A stretch of DNA of 64,000 nucleotides from Candidatus Magasanikiibacteriota bacterium (GTDB taxonomy: Bacteria; Patescibacteriota; Patescibacteriia; Magasanikbacterales; GWA2-37-8): NCBI GenBank assembly GCA_016182085.1, contig JACOYB010000004.1, forward strand, positions 4,250 through 68,249. The letters run 5' to 3'. This document shows, in pieces, positions 10,329 through 19,942 of the stretch (its first letter is position 1; each line of letters opens with the position of its first letter). The position numbers and the translations under genes were made by a program. Under the pieces are notes generated by a model. It had not been told where the DNA came from and searched no databases. It saw only the letters and a program-made list of their open reading frames with translations.

Positions 10329-11264
10329 ATGTCTAATTACGAAATACTTTTGTATTATAAATATACACACATCTCCGACCCGGATGAATTTTGTGATAAG
10401 CAAAAACTGCTTTGCGAAAAATTAGGATTAAAGGGCAGGATAATTATTACCGAAGAAGGCATAAATGGAACGGTAGAAGGCTTAAAAGAAAATACTCAAA
10501 AATATATTGATGAAACTGTTAAAGATTCTAGGTTTGCCGACATGAATTTTAAAAGAAGCGAAGGCACAGGCAATGCTTTTCCTAAACTATCGGTAAAATC
10601 ACGCACCGAAATTGTGAGCGCGCATTTGGGAGAAGATGATATTAACCCAAATGTTATCACGGGTAAATATTTGCCGGCCGAAGAATTACACAAATGGATT
10701 CATAGCGATAAAGAATTTTATATTGTGGACATGCGCAACGACTACGAACATTCAGTTGGATTTTTTAAGGATTCAATTTTGCCGCCGCTCAAACATTTCC
10801 GTGATTTGCCAAAAATTTTGCCAGGCCTGGCGCACTTAAAGGATAAAACAGTGGTGACAGTTTGTACTGGCGGCGTGCGCTGTGAAAAAGCTTCGGGATT
10901 TCTGGTAAAACACGGATTTAAAGATGTGTATCAATTGCACAATGGTATTGTGAGTTATATGGAAAAATACCCAAATGAAGATTTTTTGGGCAAGCTTTAT
11001 GTTTTTGACGGACGCGTAACGATGGCTTTTAATAACCCCGACAAACCGGCAGAAGTGGTAGGTAAGTGCAAAAAATGCGGAAGTTCAAGCGAAAATTTTG
11101 TAAATTGCATGCAGCCAAGCTGCCACGATCATTTTATCTGTTGTGAAAATTGTTTGAGCAGGAAAAAAGAGGCGTTCTGTAATTGGAAATGCGCTTTTGT
11201 TAAAAAATTACGGGATAATTTCTCAATTTTTAAACACAGTGTAAAACATAAAGTTAGCTTATAA
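10329..11264 (+). CDS. trhO: TrhO/YceA-family rhodanese protein (tRNA U34 hydroxylase)
   Basis: LYYKY, EGINGT, DMRNDYE, CTGGVRCEK, LYVFD. Confidence 0.88.
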   Translation: MSNYEILLYYKYTHISDPDEFCDKQKLLCEKLGLKGRIIITEEGINGTVEGLKENTQKYIDETVKDSRFADMNFKRSEGTGNAFPKLSVKSRTEIVSAHLGEDDINPNVITGKYLPAEELHKWIHSDKEFYIVDMRNDYEHSVGFFKDSILPPLKHFRDLPKILPGLAHLKDKTVVTVCTGGVRCEKASGFLVKHGFKDVYQLHNGIVSYMEKYPNEDFLGKLYVFDGRVTMAFNNPDKPAEVVGKCKKCGSSSENFVNCMQPSCHDHFICCENCLSRKKEAFCNWKCAFVKKLRDNFSIFKHSVKHKVSL

Positions 11265-11276
11265 ATATAAGGCGTT

Positions 11277-11615
11277 ATGAAAATAGTTTCCGGAGTGGTG
11301 GTAGAAGGCCGTAAAAAAGGCAGAGAGCTGGGATTCCCCACAGCCAATATTATTTTGTTAGAAAAAATGGAAGGTGGAATTTATGCCGGTAAGACTATTA
11401 TTTCCGATAAAGAATACATTGGCGCGATTTTTGTTTATCCGGGCGGCGATTTATTTGAAGTGCATCTTTTGGATTTCGATGGAGATCTTTATGGACAGGC
11501 GTTGAAAGTAGAAGTGGGGGAAAAGATAAGAGATTCCAAACAATTTGATAATGCGGAAGATTTAAAAGCGCAGATAGCTGCAGATATTGCTCATATTAAA
11601 AATCTAAGTGTTTAA
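11277..11615 (+). CDS. monofunctional riboflavin kinase
   Basis: GRELGFPTAN and EVHLLDF motifs; 112 aa with no FAD-synthetase domain. Confidence 0.85.
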   Translation: MKIVSGVVVEGRKKGRELGFPTANIILLEKMEGGIYAGKTIISDKEYIGAIFVYPGGDLFEVHLLDFDGDLYGQALKVEVGEKIRDSKQFDNAEDLKAQIAADIAHIKNLSV

Positions 11616-11618
11616 ATT

Positions 11619-12203
11619 ATGTTTACCGGCATTATAAAGAAAACTTCGGTTGTAAAAGATATATACAAGAAAAACGAAAACTTGTTTGCTTCTATTTCCA
11701 AAGAAAAAGATTGGCCGGTAGAGTTGGGGCAGAGTATTGCTATAAACGGCGTATGTTCCACCGTAAAAAGCTTTGATAAAAATAGTTTTTTGGTGGAGTG
11801 GATGCCGGAAACGCTCAAAAAAACCAGTGTAAATAGTTTTAAAAAAGGCACGATGGTAAACTTGGAAACCAGTTTAAATTTAAGCACGATGCTGGATGGT
11901 CATATTGTGCAGGGTCACGTGGATACGGTAGGCAAGGTGGTGGAAATAAAACCAAAAAAAGATTCAAAGGTTATAAAAATAAAACTGCCGTCCCAATTTA
12001 TGAAGTTTATTGCCGACAAAGGTTCGGTGGCAGTGGACGGTGTAAGTTTAACCGTGGTAGATACGGGTAAAGATTGGTTTACGGTATCGCTTGTTAGTTA
12101 TACGATAGAAAATACTAACTTTAAAAACACCAAAAAAGGGGATTTGGTAAATATTGAAACTGATGTGCTAGCCAAATATCTGTATAAACTGATGAAGAAG
12201 TAA
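11619..12203 (+). CDS. ribE: riboflavin synthase
   Basis: MFTGII N-terminus, GHIVQGHVD, VDGVSLT. Confidence 0.92.
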   Translation: MFTGIIKKTSVVKDIYKKNENLFASISKEKDWPVELGQSIAINGVCSTVKSFDKNSFLVEWMPETLKKTSVNSFKKGTMVNLETSLNLSTMLDGHIVQGHVDTVGKVVEIKPKKDSKVIKIKLPSQFMKFIADKGSVAVDGVSLTVVDTGKDWFTVSLVSYTIENTNFKNTKKGDLVNIETDVLAKYLYKLMKK

Positions 12204-12207
12204 TTTT

Positions 12208-13530
12208 TTATGATTCTAAATCTTCTATATCTTCTCTATATTTATCAGCTTGCGCCATCACATTATCTCCGTAGAAGCGGTAACGAAGATTGGTACCGCC
12301 GGAGAAGTAGCGCATGGCAGCTTTCCATTCGCCGTCACGAGTGCCATCGGCGCCGTTATTTTTGAGCAGTAGTGCCGCGGCCATAAATGCGTCTCGTATA
12401 TCCCACGGGTCAGCCGGACTTTTGCCGGTTATTGCGCTGACTTTGTCTTTGTATCCCATCCAAGTAGAAGGAATAAATTGGGCTGGACCCATAGCGCCTC
12501 CCCAGCCAAGCTGGGAGCCATCCTTATTTTTCATTGGGCAAGAAACCGGAGTAACATCCGGATCACGTCCTAGTTCCTCCGTAATTTTTACAAATGGTTC
12601 TTGGTCACGCGTTGGTTTCATAATAACACGCCAGCCTTTTTCGGGCGGGTCGCCGGGGCGATTGCAGGTGCCAACATTTTTACCCAGATTTGATTCTTGG
12701 GTAAGAATGGCAAGGAGAAAAGCCGCGGATACGCCAGTTTGTCTGTCAGTGGCCTGGGCAATTTCTACCGCTTGTCCGAAAGTGATCTGCTTGCCAACGC
12801 CCAAGAGTTCATAGATACGGCTTCGGATTTCAGCGGCATGTTTTTTACTATCTTGCAAAAGGTTTTGATAAGTAAGTTCCAGTCCCTTGGTTTGTTCGAG
12901 TAGTTGATTTTGTTCCTGTAGTTTTCCGCCCAAAGCGCCCTGCTGAATCCTGGCTACATTTAACAACTTCTCGGCATCGTCTTGCTGATCCTCATAGGCA
13001 ATTTGTTGCTGGTTTAATTGTTTTTGTATTCCTTTTGCTTCCCGTACCAAATCGTTTATGGAAGCGGACAGCCGCTCATAATTTGTTGCTTCCACGAATG
13101 CTTCGCTTAGTCCGTCTTCAACCAAAATATTAAGCAAGAACATTTGTTCGTCTTTTTGTTGGAGCGTACGAAGCATTTTTGCTAGTTCTATACGCAGACC
13201 AGCGATTTTTGATTTATTGGCATCTATGGCTTTGGAAGTTTTTACTAATTTTTGTTCTAAATCTTCAATTTTTACGTTGGTAGCTTTAATTTCCAGGCGC
13301 AGCCTAGCCTCTTCGTTTCTAAGCTGTTTGATTTTATTGGCCAAAGTATTTTTCTCGCCTTTGGTAACGCTGATTTGCTTTTCTAATTCCTTAATTTGAG
13401 ATTCAATTGCCTGCAACTCATTTTCCAGCTGCTCTCGGTTGCTATCTGGGGCGGCTATGCTAATATTAGCCAAAAACAAACTAATCACTGCGAGTAGTAG
13501 TATGGATTTTTTTAACAATGCGTATTTCAT
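12208..13530 (-). CDS. secreted coiled-coil lytic murein transglycosylase
   Basis: Signal peptide, long coiled coil, QES..GAMGPAQFIPSTW catalytic region. Confidence 0.85.
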   Translation of the reverse strand: MKYALLKKSILLLAVISLFLANISIAAPDSNREQLENELQAIESQIKELEKQISVTKGEKNTLANKIKQLRNEEARLRLEIKATNVKIEDLEQKLVKTSKAIDANKSKIAGLRIELAKMLRTLQQKDEQMFLLNILVEDGLSEAFVEATNYERLSASINDLVREAKGIQKQLNQQQIAYEDQQDDAEKLLNVARIQQGALGGKLQEQNQLLEQTKGLELTYQNLLQDSKKHAAEIRSRIYELLGVGKQITFGQAVEIAQATDRQTGVSAAFLLAILTQESNLGKNVGTCNRPGDPPEKGWRVIMKPTRDQEPFVKITEELGRDPDVTPVSCPMKNKDGSQLGWGGAMGPAQFIPSTWMGYKDKVSAITGKSPADPWDIRDAFMAAALLLKNNGADGTRDGEWKAAMRYFSGGTNLRYRFYGDNVMAQADKYREDIEDLES

Positions 13531-13631
13531 GAAGTTTTCATTAAAATCAGGCTATTGTAGAGTATCAATTTTTACTATTCTTTTCAAGAAAAATATTGGC
13601 TATCATTCTAATTTTGAAGCGCCAAGCGTAA

Positions 13632-13640
13632 TTATCCACA
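13632..13640 (+). promoter_or_regulatory. perfect DnaA box
   Basis: TTATCCACA in a divergent intergenic region. Confidence 0.5.
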
Positions 13641-13742
13641 GCTAATTCTACATAAGGCTTGTTTTTTGTTATAATTGCTAAAGTTAAGATAATTATGAAA
13701 ATACATTTTCATAACTTAATTTATTAATTTATTTTTAAGCTT

Positions 13743-16373
13743 ATGTTCAAGCTTAAGGAAGTTCTCAGGTGGGGCGTATTGTCCCTGGTTTTTAGTTTGC
13801 TCATTGTATTTTCAGCGCGAGCGCAGACCGCAACGGATACTAGTTCTGGTTCTACCCAAACTGCTGATCAGCAGTGTGTAAGCGGTGGTGGAAAATTGTG
13901 TAACAGCTCATCCGGTTCAAGCTGGTGTTCATATTCCACCAGTCCTTGCCCGGCTTATGATTCGGCCAGTTGCGCGGCGCAAAGCGGAGAATGGTGCGCT
14001 TATTCTGGCGGTACCGGCGGTTATTGCAACAGCACTCCGGGAAATTGTCCAATAAATGATGAAGCGACTTGTACGGCAAAGAGCAGGCCTTGGTGCAAAT
14101 ATTCTTCCGGCTCCGGCTCTACGGCTAGTACTTATGGAGGGTGGTGTGGCGAGGTGGGGTATAAATGCCCGGCCTATGACCAGCCGTCTTGTACCGCTCA
14201 AGGCAGTGAATGGTGCACATCTTCGTATGGCTCAGGATGGTGCAGTACTGTTCCGGGAAGTTGTCCTATAAACGATAAGGCCACGTGTGAATCAAAAAGC
14301 CGTACTTGGTGTATAGATAGCAGCAGTTATAGCACTAGTGGCGGTTGGTGCGCCTCTACTGGCAGCAGCTGTCCGAGTACTTCCACAAGCACAACTCCTA
14401 CTCCTAGCCCTACCCCCGTTTATTCTTCTTGGCCAAGCACGGAAAGCGATTGTACTAAGTATAAAGGCGTATGGTGTGTAAGTACTTATACCGGTGGTTA
14501 TAGCATGATGTCCGGTTCTTGTATGATGGCTGGGCAAACTTGTCCTTCGGCCACTCCGGCTGGGAAAATGAGTTGTTGGGATGGAACTTACGTTGATACA
14601 TATTCCAGTTGTCCGACTACTCCCAGCGGAAAGAGCGACTGTGAAACAAAAGGATATAAATGGTGCGATTCAACTGCTGTCTCTAGCTATACTACATATA
14701 GTTCCGGCTGGTGTACGGGAAAAACTTATAATTGTCCTACTTATCCGCCGGCAGGAAAAATGTCTTGCCCGGATGGGGTTACTTTTGCCACTACTCTAAC
14801 CGAGTGTCCTAAGGCTGATGCTGGAGTAACAAGCCCCATCTCACCAACGCTAAAAACTTGCCCGGACGGATCCGTTATAGATAAATCATGGGTATGCCCG
14901 GTTGTTTTTTTGACTTGTTCAGACGGCGTAACCAAAGTTAGGAGCTTGACCGATTGTCCGATAAAAACCGAAGACAGTATTTCTACGTGTCTTAACAAGA
15001 AAGGCGTTTGGTGTTTGGACAAAGCGGGAGGGAACGGTTATTGCGCGTTACAGGGTGGATGTAAGACGGCTTTGCCAGATGAAAAAGAACCGGTTGTAGA
15101 AAAAGAAGCGCTGGATGCGAAGCAAATCAAGCTAGTAGAAACCATGAAGAAAGATTATGCGCGAAATTTGGATACCCTGGAAAAAACATTTAAACGCCTG
15201 GGAGATACGGAATCACTCGCAAAAATCACGGTTCTTAAGGAAAAATTATCTTCATTGCCAGCGGATACATCGGTTTTTGATGCCTTAGAAGCTACGAAAG
15301 ACGATATAATGACCCTGCGTGAAGTAAAGGATGATTTAATTGAGAAAAAAGGCGAGATTGAAATGTCAGAAAGAGATGTAGAGATGCAAGCAAAAGCCTT
15401 AAAACAGATGAAGAAGAACATGCTTATATTTGAAAAACAGCTTAACAAAATGAGCACCAAAGCCGCTCAACTGAAAAAGCAAGGATTTTCTTTGCCAAGC
15501 ACGCTAGATGATCTTTTAACGCAAGGAAAAGAATTAATTAAAAAAATAAAAGCCAGTACGAATTTTGAGGAAGCGCGAGATGCGGGAGAATCGCTGGCCG
15601 AATTGAGTGAAGATTTAAATTTGTGGGCTACAAACTTGGATCAATTGGCAAAAATCAGTTCGCTGCTTAGAAATATAAATGCCCAAATTACGAGAAGAGA
15701 GACGGCGCTTAAGAGTGTGCGGACAGTAGCTGCCAGATTAAAAGTTGATTTGCAGGCAAATTTAGACGAGGTCAGCGCGACACTTGCATCGGTTAGAGAA
15801 GCGTATGGACAGTTAAAAACAAAGGAATGGAACCAAGACGAACCGTTTGAATTTGTTCAGTCAGCCATCATTGATAAACTTGAGGATATGGACAATGATA
15901 TGGCTAATATCCGAGCGCTTGCCAACCTTAAAGCTTCGGTAAATAAAATCGGAGCGCAAATTAATAATTTTAATGTCAGAATTGCCCGTTTGGCAAAACA
16001 AAAGAAAGATGTGGTGGAGTTGCAAGGCTTGGTTGAGCAGCTAAAAGAAACACATGGCGAGCTAAAAGCTTTGTCCGGAGAAAAGTTAGCTAATTTGGAT
16101 GTGGAGAGTGTTATAGAAAAATTAGGCGCGGCCAGCGCGCTGATGGAAGAAATTATGGATTTGTTAAAAATTAACGCTCCCTCTCTTCTGGAGAAACAAT
16201 TAAAACAGAATTTTAAAGTTGAAAAAATAGATGTTCCGGAAGTTGAAAAACAGGTAATCCGCGCTTATAGAGTAGCCACATTTTTCCGCCGAGCTCCCGA
16301 GCAGATGGCGCAATACGCCACCGGCGTTAAGGAGGCAATAAATAGATGGAGAAATCGTTTGGCGATTGATTAG
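13743..16373 (+). CDS. secreted protein with Cys/Trp-rich repeats and a C-terminal coiled coil
   Basis: Signal peptide, repeated CP..D...C.....WC...GWC and CPDG units, then a helical heptad-rich C-terminal half. Confidence 0.85.
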   Translation: MFKLKEVLRWGVLSLVFSLLIVFSARAQTATDTSSGSTQTADQQCVSGGGKLCNSSSGSSWCSYSTSPCPAYDSASCAAQSGEWCAYSGGTGGYCNSTPGNCPINDEATCTAKSRPWCKYSSGSGSTASTYGGWCGEVGYKCPAYDQPSCTAQGSEWCTSSYGSGWCSTVPGSCPINDKATCESKSRTWCIDSSSYSTSGGWCASTGSSCPSTSTSTTPTPSPTPVYSSWPSTESDCTKYKGVWCVSTYTGGYSMMSGSCMMAGQTCPSATPAGKMSCWDGTYVDTYSSCPTTPSGKSDCETKGYKWCDSTAVSSYTTYSSGWCTGKTYNCPTYPPAGKMSCPDGVTFATTLTECPKADAGVTSPISPTLKTCPDGSVIDKSWVCPVVFLTCSDGVTKVRSLTDCPIKTEDSISTCLNKKGVWCLDKAGGNGYCALQGGCKTALPDEKEPVVEKEALDAKQIKLVETMKKDYARNLDTLEKTFKRLGDTESLAKITVLKEKLSSLPADTSVFDALEATKDDIMTLREVKDDLIEKKGEIEMSERDVEMQAKALKQMKKNMLIFEKQLNKMSTKAAQLKKQGFSLPSTLDDLLTQGKELIKKIKASTNFEEARDAGESLAELSEDLNLWATNLDQLAKISSLLRNINAQITRRETALKSVRTVAARLKVDLQANLDEVSATLASVREAYGQLKTKEWNQDEPFEFVQSAIIDKLEDMDNDMANIRALANLKASVNKIGAQINNFNVRIARLAKQKKDVVELQGLVEQLKETHGELKALSGEKLANLDVESVIEKLGAASALMEEIMDLLKINAPSLLEKQLKQNFKVEKIDVPEVEKQVIRAYRVATFFRRAPEQMAQYATGVKEAINRWRNRLAID

Positions 16374-16389
16374 TAAAGAGTAAAATGAT

Positions 16390-16421
16390 AAAAAATCCCT
16401 CGTAATTGCGAGGGATTTTTT
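16390..16421 (+). terminator. intrinsic terminator
   Basis: AAAAAATCCCTCG-taattg-CGAGGGATTTTTT. Confidence 0.8.
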
Positions 16422-16499
16422 AATGGACAAGGAAGTCTAATTTTGTTAGAGTATTACTGCTTAATTACACTTTAAGCGGGCGGAATTTAAGCGCTAAAT

Positions 16500-17765
16500 A
16501 TGTGGATGTTGGCAGCGGTTTATTTTTTACTTTTTGTATGTTTGGCTTGGAAGAATTTCCGCTCAGCCGTATTTTTATTTATCCTCCTTCTGCCGTCCTA
16601 TCTTATTCGTTTTGAGGTTTTTTATTTTAGAAAAATAGTTTTTCCATCCACAGTTTTAGAGTTATCTTTTGGAGCTTTATTTTTGGTTTGGCTCATTAAA
16701 TATAGCCGAGAAGACATTAAAAAAATTATAACCGCATCCAAAAAGCACGTATGGTTTTTTATCGTTTTTGATTTATTTTTTCTCTCTTCGGTAATAAGTA
16801 TTTTTGTCAGTGATATGCCCATTCCATCGCTGGGGGAGTGGCGGGCTTATTTTTTGGAACCAATGATTTTTTTCTTGATTTTGGTGGGCAGACAGATTAG
16901 TATTTATAACTTAAACTCCGCTTTAGCGATCTCTACTTTAAGCATCAGTCTTTATGCCGTCGCGCAAAAATTTACGGGCTGGGGGATTGCTACGCCAGAG
17001 TGGGTGGCCGAATCTACACGGCGGGTGACGGCCTTTTATTCTTCGCCCAACGCGGTGGGATTATATTTGGCGCCGGTAGCGATGATTTTGTTATTTATTA
17101 TTTATAAGATGCGGGGGAATAGAAATCGCAATTTTTGGTTGGCCAGCATGATTTGTTTATTGTCGCTGGCCGCGCTTATTTTTACCAAATCCCAGGGCGC
17201 ATGGATTGGGTTAGGAGCAGGGTTGTTAGTATTTTTATTTTTTATAGGGTATAAAAAAATAGTTGCTGGCTTGGCGATTGCGGGGGTAATTTTTTCTTTG
17301 GCTGCGCCCTCAATGCGACAAGCAGTTTTATTCCAAGATCAAGCCAATCAAAACCGCCTGCGGCTTTGGGGTTATTCGTGGACATTTTTAAAACAGTCGC
17401 CAAATAATTTTGTCTTGGGTACGGGTGTGCGCCAATTCTTTAGAAAAGTACAAAAACCATATTATGATAAAATGATTATGGAAAGATTGATTTATCCTCA
17501 TAATATATTTCTTAATTTTTGGACGGAGATCGGATTATTGGGCATGCTGGCGGCGGTTATAATATTGGGATATGCTTTTTATTTATCTAATAAAATTAGA
17601 CAGGCTGACAAAATAATGGGCGCGGGGCTGATGGCGGCGCTAACGGTTTTGGTAGTGCATGGGCTGGTAGATGTGCCTTATTTTAAAAACGATTTAGCCT
17701 TTTTATTTTGGATTTTAATCGCCAGTGTATTTATAATCGAAATGAGCGAGAGAAATAGCCAGTGA
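16500..17765 (+). CDS. O-antigen ligase (Wzy_C) family membrane protein
   Basis: Multi-TM protein with R...Y..PN, T.SQGAW, YPHNIFL and HGLVD. Confidence 0.85.
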   Translation: MWMLAAVYFLLFVCLAWKNFRSAVFLFILLLPSYLIRFEVFYFRKIVFPSTVLELSFGALFLVWLIKYSREDIKKIITASKKHVWFFIVFDLFFLSSVISIFVSDMPIPSLGEWRAYFLEPMIFFLILVGRQISIYNLNSALAISTLSISLYAVAQKFTGWGIATPEWVAESTRRVTAFYSSPNAVGLYLAPVAMILLFIIYKMRGNRNRNFWLASMICLLSLAALIFTKSQGAWIGLGAGLLVFLFFIGYKKIVAGLAIAGVIFSLAAPSMRQAVLFQDQANQNRLRLWGYSWTFLKQSPNNFVLGTGVRQFFRKVQKPYYDKMIMERLIYPHNIFLNFWTEIGLLGMLAAVIILGYAFYLSNKIRQADKIMGAGLMAALTVLVVHGLVDVPYFKNDLAFLFWILIASVFIIEMSERNSQ

Positions 17766-17832
17766 GATATTTATAACCGCTTGCGAGTTATAAATATTGA
17801 GCCTGGATATTTCCGAGCGAATGAGTTTATAT
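17738..17832 (+). repeat. CGAAATGAGYGAGAGAAAT-hairpin-ATTTCCGAGCGAATGAG element
   Basis: Conserved ends shared with 54081-54141 (minus strand) and a degenerate copy at 27638-27709. Confidence 0.75.
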
Positions 17833-17859
17833 GGTTTACCTATATTGTTAAAATGGACT

Positions 17860-18078
17860 ATGAAAATATTTATCAAAGCCAAGCCGAGCGCGTATGAGGA
17901 AAAAGTAGAAAAGATTGATGAAACGCATTTTGTCGTGGCGGTAAAAGAGCCGCCGCAAAATGGGTTGGCCAATAAAGGTATATGCAGAGCTTTGGCAAAA
18001 TATTTTGGAGTATCGCAATCAATGGTGGTAGTAAAAAAAGGATTTACCAGTAAGAATAAAGTTGTTGAAATAATTTAA
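17860..18078 (+). CDS. DUF167/YggU-family protein
   Basis: IKAKP..VAVKEPP..G.AN...GFTSKNK; start moved to ATG 17860. Confidence 0.85.
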   Translation: MKIFIKAKPSAYEEKVEKIDETHFVVAVKEPPQNGLANKGICRALAKYFGVSQSMVVVKKGFTSKNKVVEII

Positions 18079-18083
18079 CGGCT

Positions 18084-18225
18084 GTCATTCTGAGTGAAGC
18101 GAATAATCCCTGTCTGTCATTCCCGCCAAAGCGGGAATCCAGTCGAATCAACAATTGTCTGGATTCCCATTGCGATGGGAATGACAATTAAACCGACAGA
18201 GATCCTTCACTCCGTTCAGGATGAC
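18084..18225. repeat. nested palindromic elements
   Basis: Outer GTCATTCTGAGTGAAGCGAA..GAGATCCTTCACTCCGTTCAGGATGAC encloses inner GTCATTCCCGCC..GGGAATGAC (18116-18185). Confidence 0.85.
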
Positions 18226-18253
18226 AATTAATTTTTAAATTAAGTATCATTCT

Positions 18254-19393
18254 ATGGACAAAGTATATATAGATTCGCTTAAACTCCACAAAAAATTCCA
18301 CGGAAAATTGGAATTAAAAAGTAAGGTAGCAATAAAGAATAAAAAAGACCTATCTTTGGCCTATACGCCCGGCGTGGCCGAGGTATGCCGAGTAATTGGC
18401 AAAGATAAAAGCTTAGCCCGTGAATATACTATAAAGAAAAATACCGTGGCGGTTATCTCTGATGGTTCAGCCATTTTAGGCCTGGGAAACCTTGGGCCAG
18501 AGGCCGCCATTCCGGTCATGGAAGGCAAGGCCGTGTTATTTAAAGAATTTGGGGGTGTGGATGCCTTTCCAATCTGTTTGGATACTCAAGATACGGAAGA
18601 AATTATTAAAACCGTAAAATATTTGGCGCCGGTTTTTGGCGGGATAAATTTGGAAGATATTTCTGCTCCTCGCTGCTTTGAAATAGAAGAAAGACTAAAA
18701 AAAGAATTATCTATTCCGGTCATGCACGATGACCAGCATGGCACAGCCGTGGTAGTGCTAGCCGCCATGATAAACGCTTTAAAGGTAAAAAAATTGGATA
18801 AAAACAAGGCCAAATTGGTAATTAGCGGTGCCGGCGCGGCCGGCACAGCGGTGGCCAAAATTTTGATGAATTACGGATTTAAAAATGTGGCTGTTTGCGA
18901 CAGTAAAGGCTTGATCTATAAAGAAAGAGGCGATTTAAATAGTGCCAAGGCAGAATTGGCTGGCTTAACAAACCAGAATGCTTTGCCGGATAGCAGTTTA
19001 AAGGGAGTTTTAAAAAATGCAGATGTGTTTATTGGAGTAAGCGGGCCAAATATCATCACTCGCGCCGAAGTAAAAAGTATGAACGCAAAGCCGATTATTT
19101 TGGTACTGGCCAATCCGATCCCTGAAATTATGCCGGATGAGGCAAAAGCTGGCGGCGCGTATATTGTGGGTACGGGCAGGTCGGATTTCCCTAATCAGAT
19201 AAATAATGTTTTGGCCTTTCCCGGAATTTTTAGAGGCGCGCTGGACAATAAAGTTACACAGATTACGGAAAAAATGCTGGTTAAAGCCGCGGAAAATTTG
19301 GCCAAGTATGTAAAAAAACCAAATGTAGAAAATATTTTACCAAAACCATTTGATAAGGGTGTGGCCAAAGCGGTAGCTAGAGCTATAAAATAA
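18254..19393 (+). CDS. NAD(P)-dependent malic enzyme
   Basis: YTPGVA, DGSAILGLG, NLEDI, HDDQHGTA, GAGAAG, NPIPEI. Confidence 0.93.
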   Translation: MDKVYIDSLKLHKKFHGKLELKSKVAIKNKKDLSLAYTPGVAEVCRVIGKDKSLAREYTIKKNTVAVISDGSAILGLGNLGPEAAIPVMEGKAVLFKEFGGVDAFPICLDTQDTEEIIKTVKYLAPVFGGINLEDISAPRCFEIEERLKKELSIPVMHDDQHGTAVVVLAAMINALKVKKLDKNKAKLVISGAGAAGTAVAKILMNYGFKNVAVCDSKGLIYKERGDLNSAKAELAGLTNQNALPDSSLKGVLKNADVFIGVSGPNIITRAEVKSMNAKPIILVLANPIPEIMPDEAKAGGAYIVGTGRSDFPNQINNVLAFPGIFRGALDNKVTQITEKMLVKAAENLAKYVKKPNVENILPKPFDKGVAKAVARAIK

Positions 19394-19403
19394 TTTAAAA
19401 AAC

Positions 19404-19434
19404 AAAAATCCGAGCTGTATCGCGCTCGGATTTT
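19404..19434. terminator. bidirectional terminator
   Basis: AAAATCCGAGC..GCTCGGATTTT between convergent genes. Confidence 0.75.
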
Positions 19435-19456
19435 TATTTTGAACAATCCGCGATTG

Positions 19457-19942
19457 TTATACTGATAATTCTTCCGGAGTATTATTAGTTTTATTTTTTT
19501 TGAGAAAAGTCAGGCTAAAGATAAACAATAAAGTAGAAGTAGTAGCCGAAACCATGCAGAAAATACAAATGGCTTTAATAACAAATATTTGTAAATAGAC
19601 AAATCTTAAGGAAAATAAAAAGCCAAATAAGGTGAGCAGGCTTACAAGCAGTAGAGGCGCTCGTTGTTTGGTTTGCAGGTAAATAGTAATGAGAAGTAAT
19701 ACAGACAGATAATACAGAGCGCCTAAAAGAGCCACAGGCAAGCCAAACATAATAGAATACTCGCTCGCAGTTACCTGCTCGCAGCCGTGCAAAATAGAGC
19801 AGGTAATTGGCTCTCCCAGGAAGTGTTTTGCCGTAAGATAAGTAGCATCAACAAAGCCGACAGCGCTTACGGCTAGAAAACCAAATGAAAATTTATTAGA
19901 GGGCGCCGCCAGCTTGCTGGATAATAGTTCTAAACTCTTCAT
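19457..19942 (-). CDS. vitamin K epoxide reductase (VKOR) family protein
   Basis: C..GC.QV..S.YS and CIFC motifs, four TM segments, next to dsbA; start chosen at ATG 19942. Confidence 0.85.
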   Translation of the reverse strand: MKSLELLSSKLAAPSNKFSFGFLAVSAVGFVDATYLTAKHFLGEPITCSILHGCEQVTASEYSIMFGLPVALLGALYYLSVLLLITIYLQTKQRAPLLLVSLLTLFGFLFSLRFVYLQIFVIKAICIFCMVSATTSTLLFIFSLTFLKKNKTNNTPEELSV

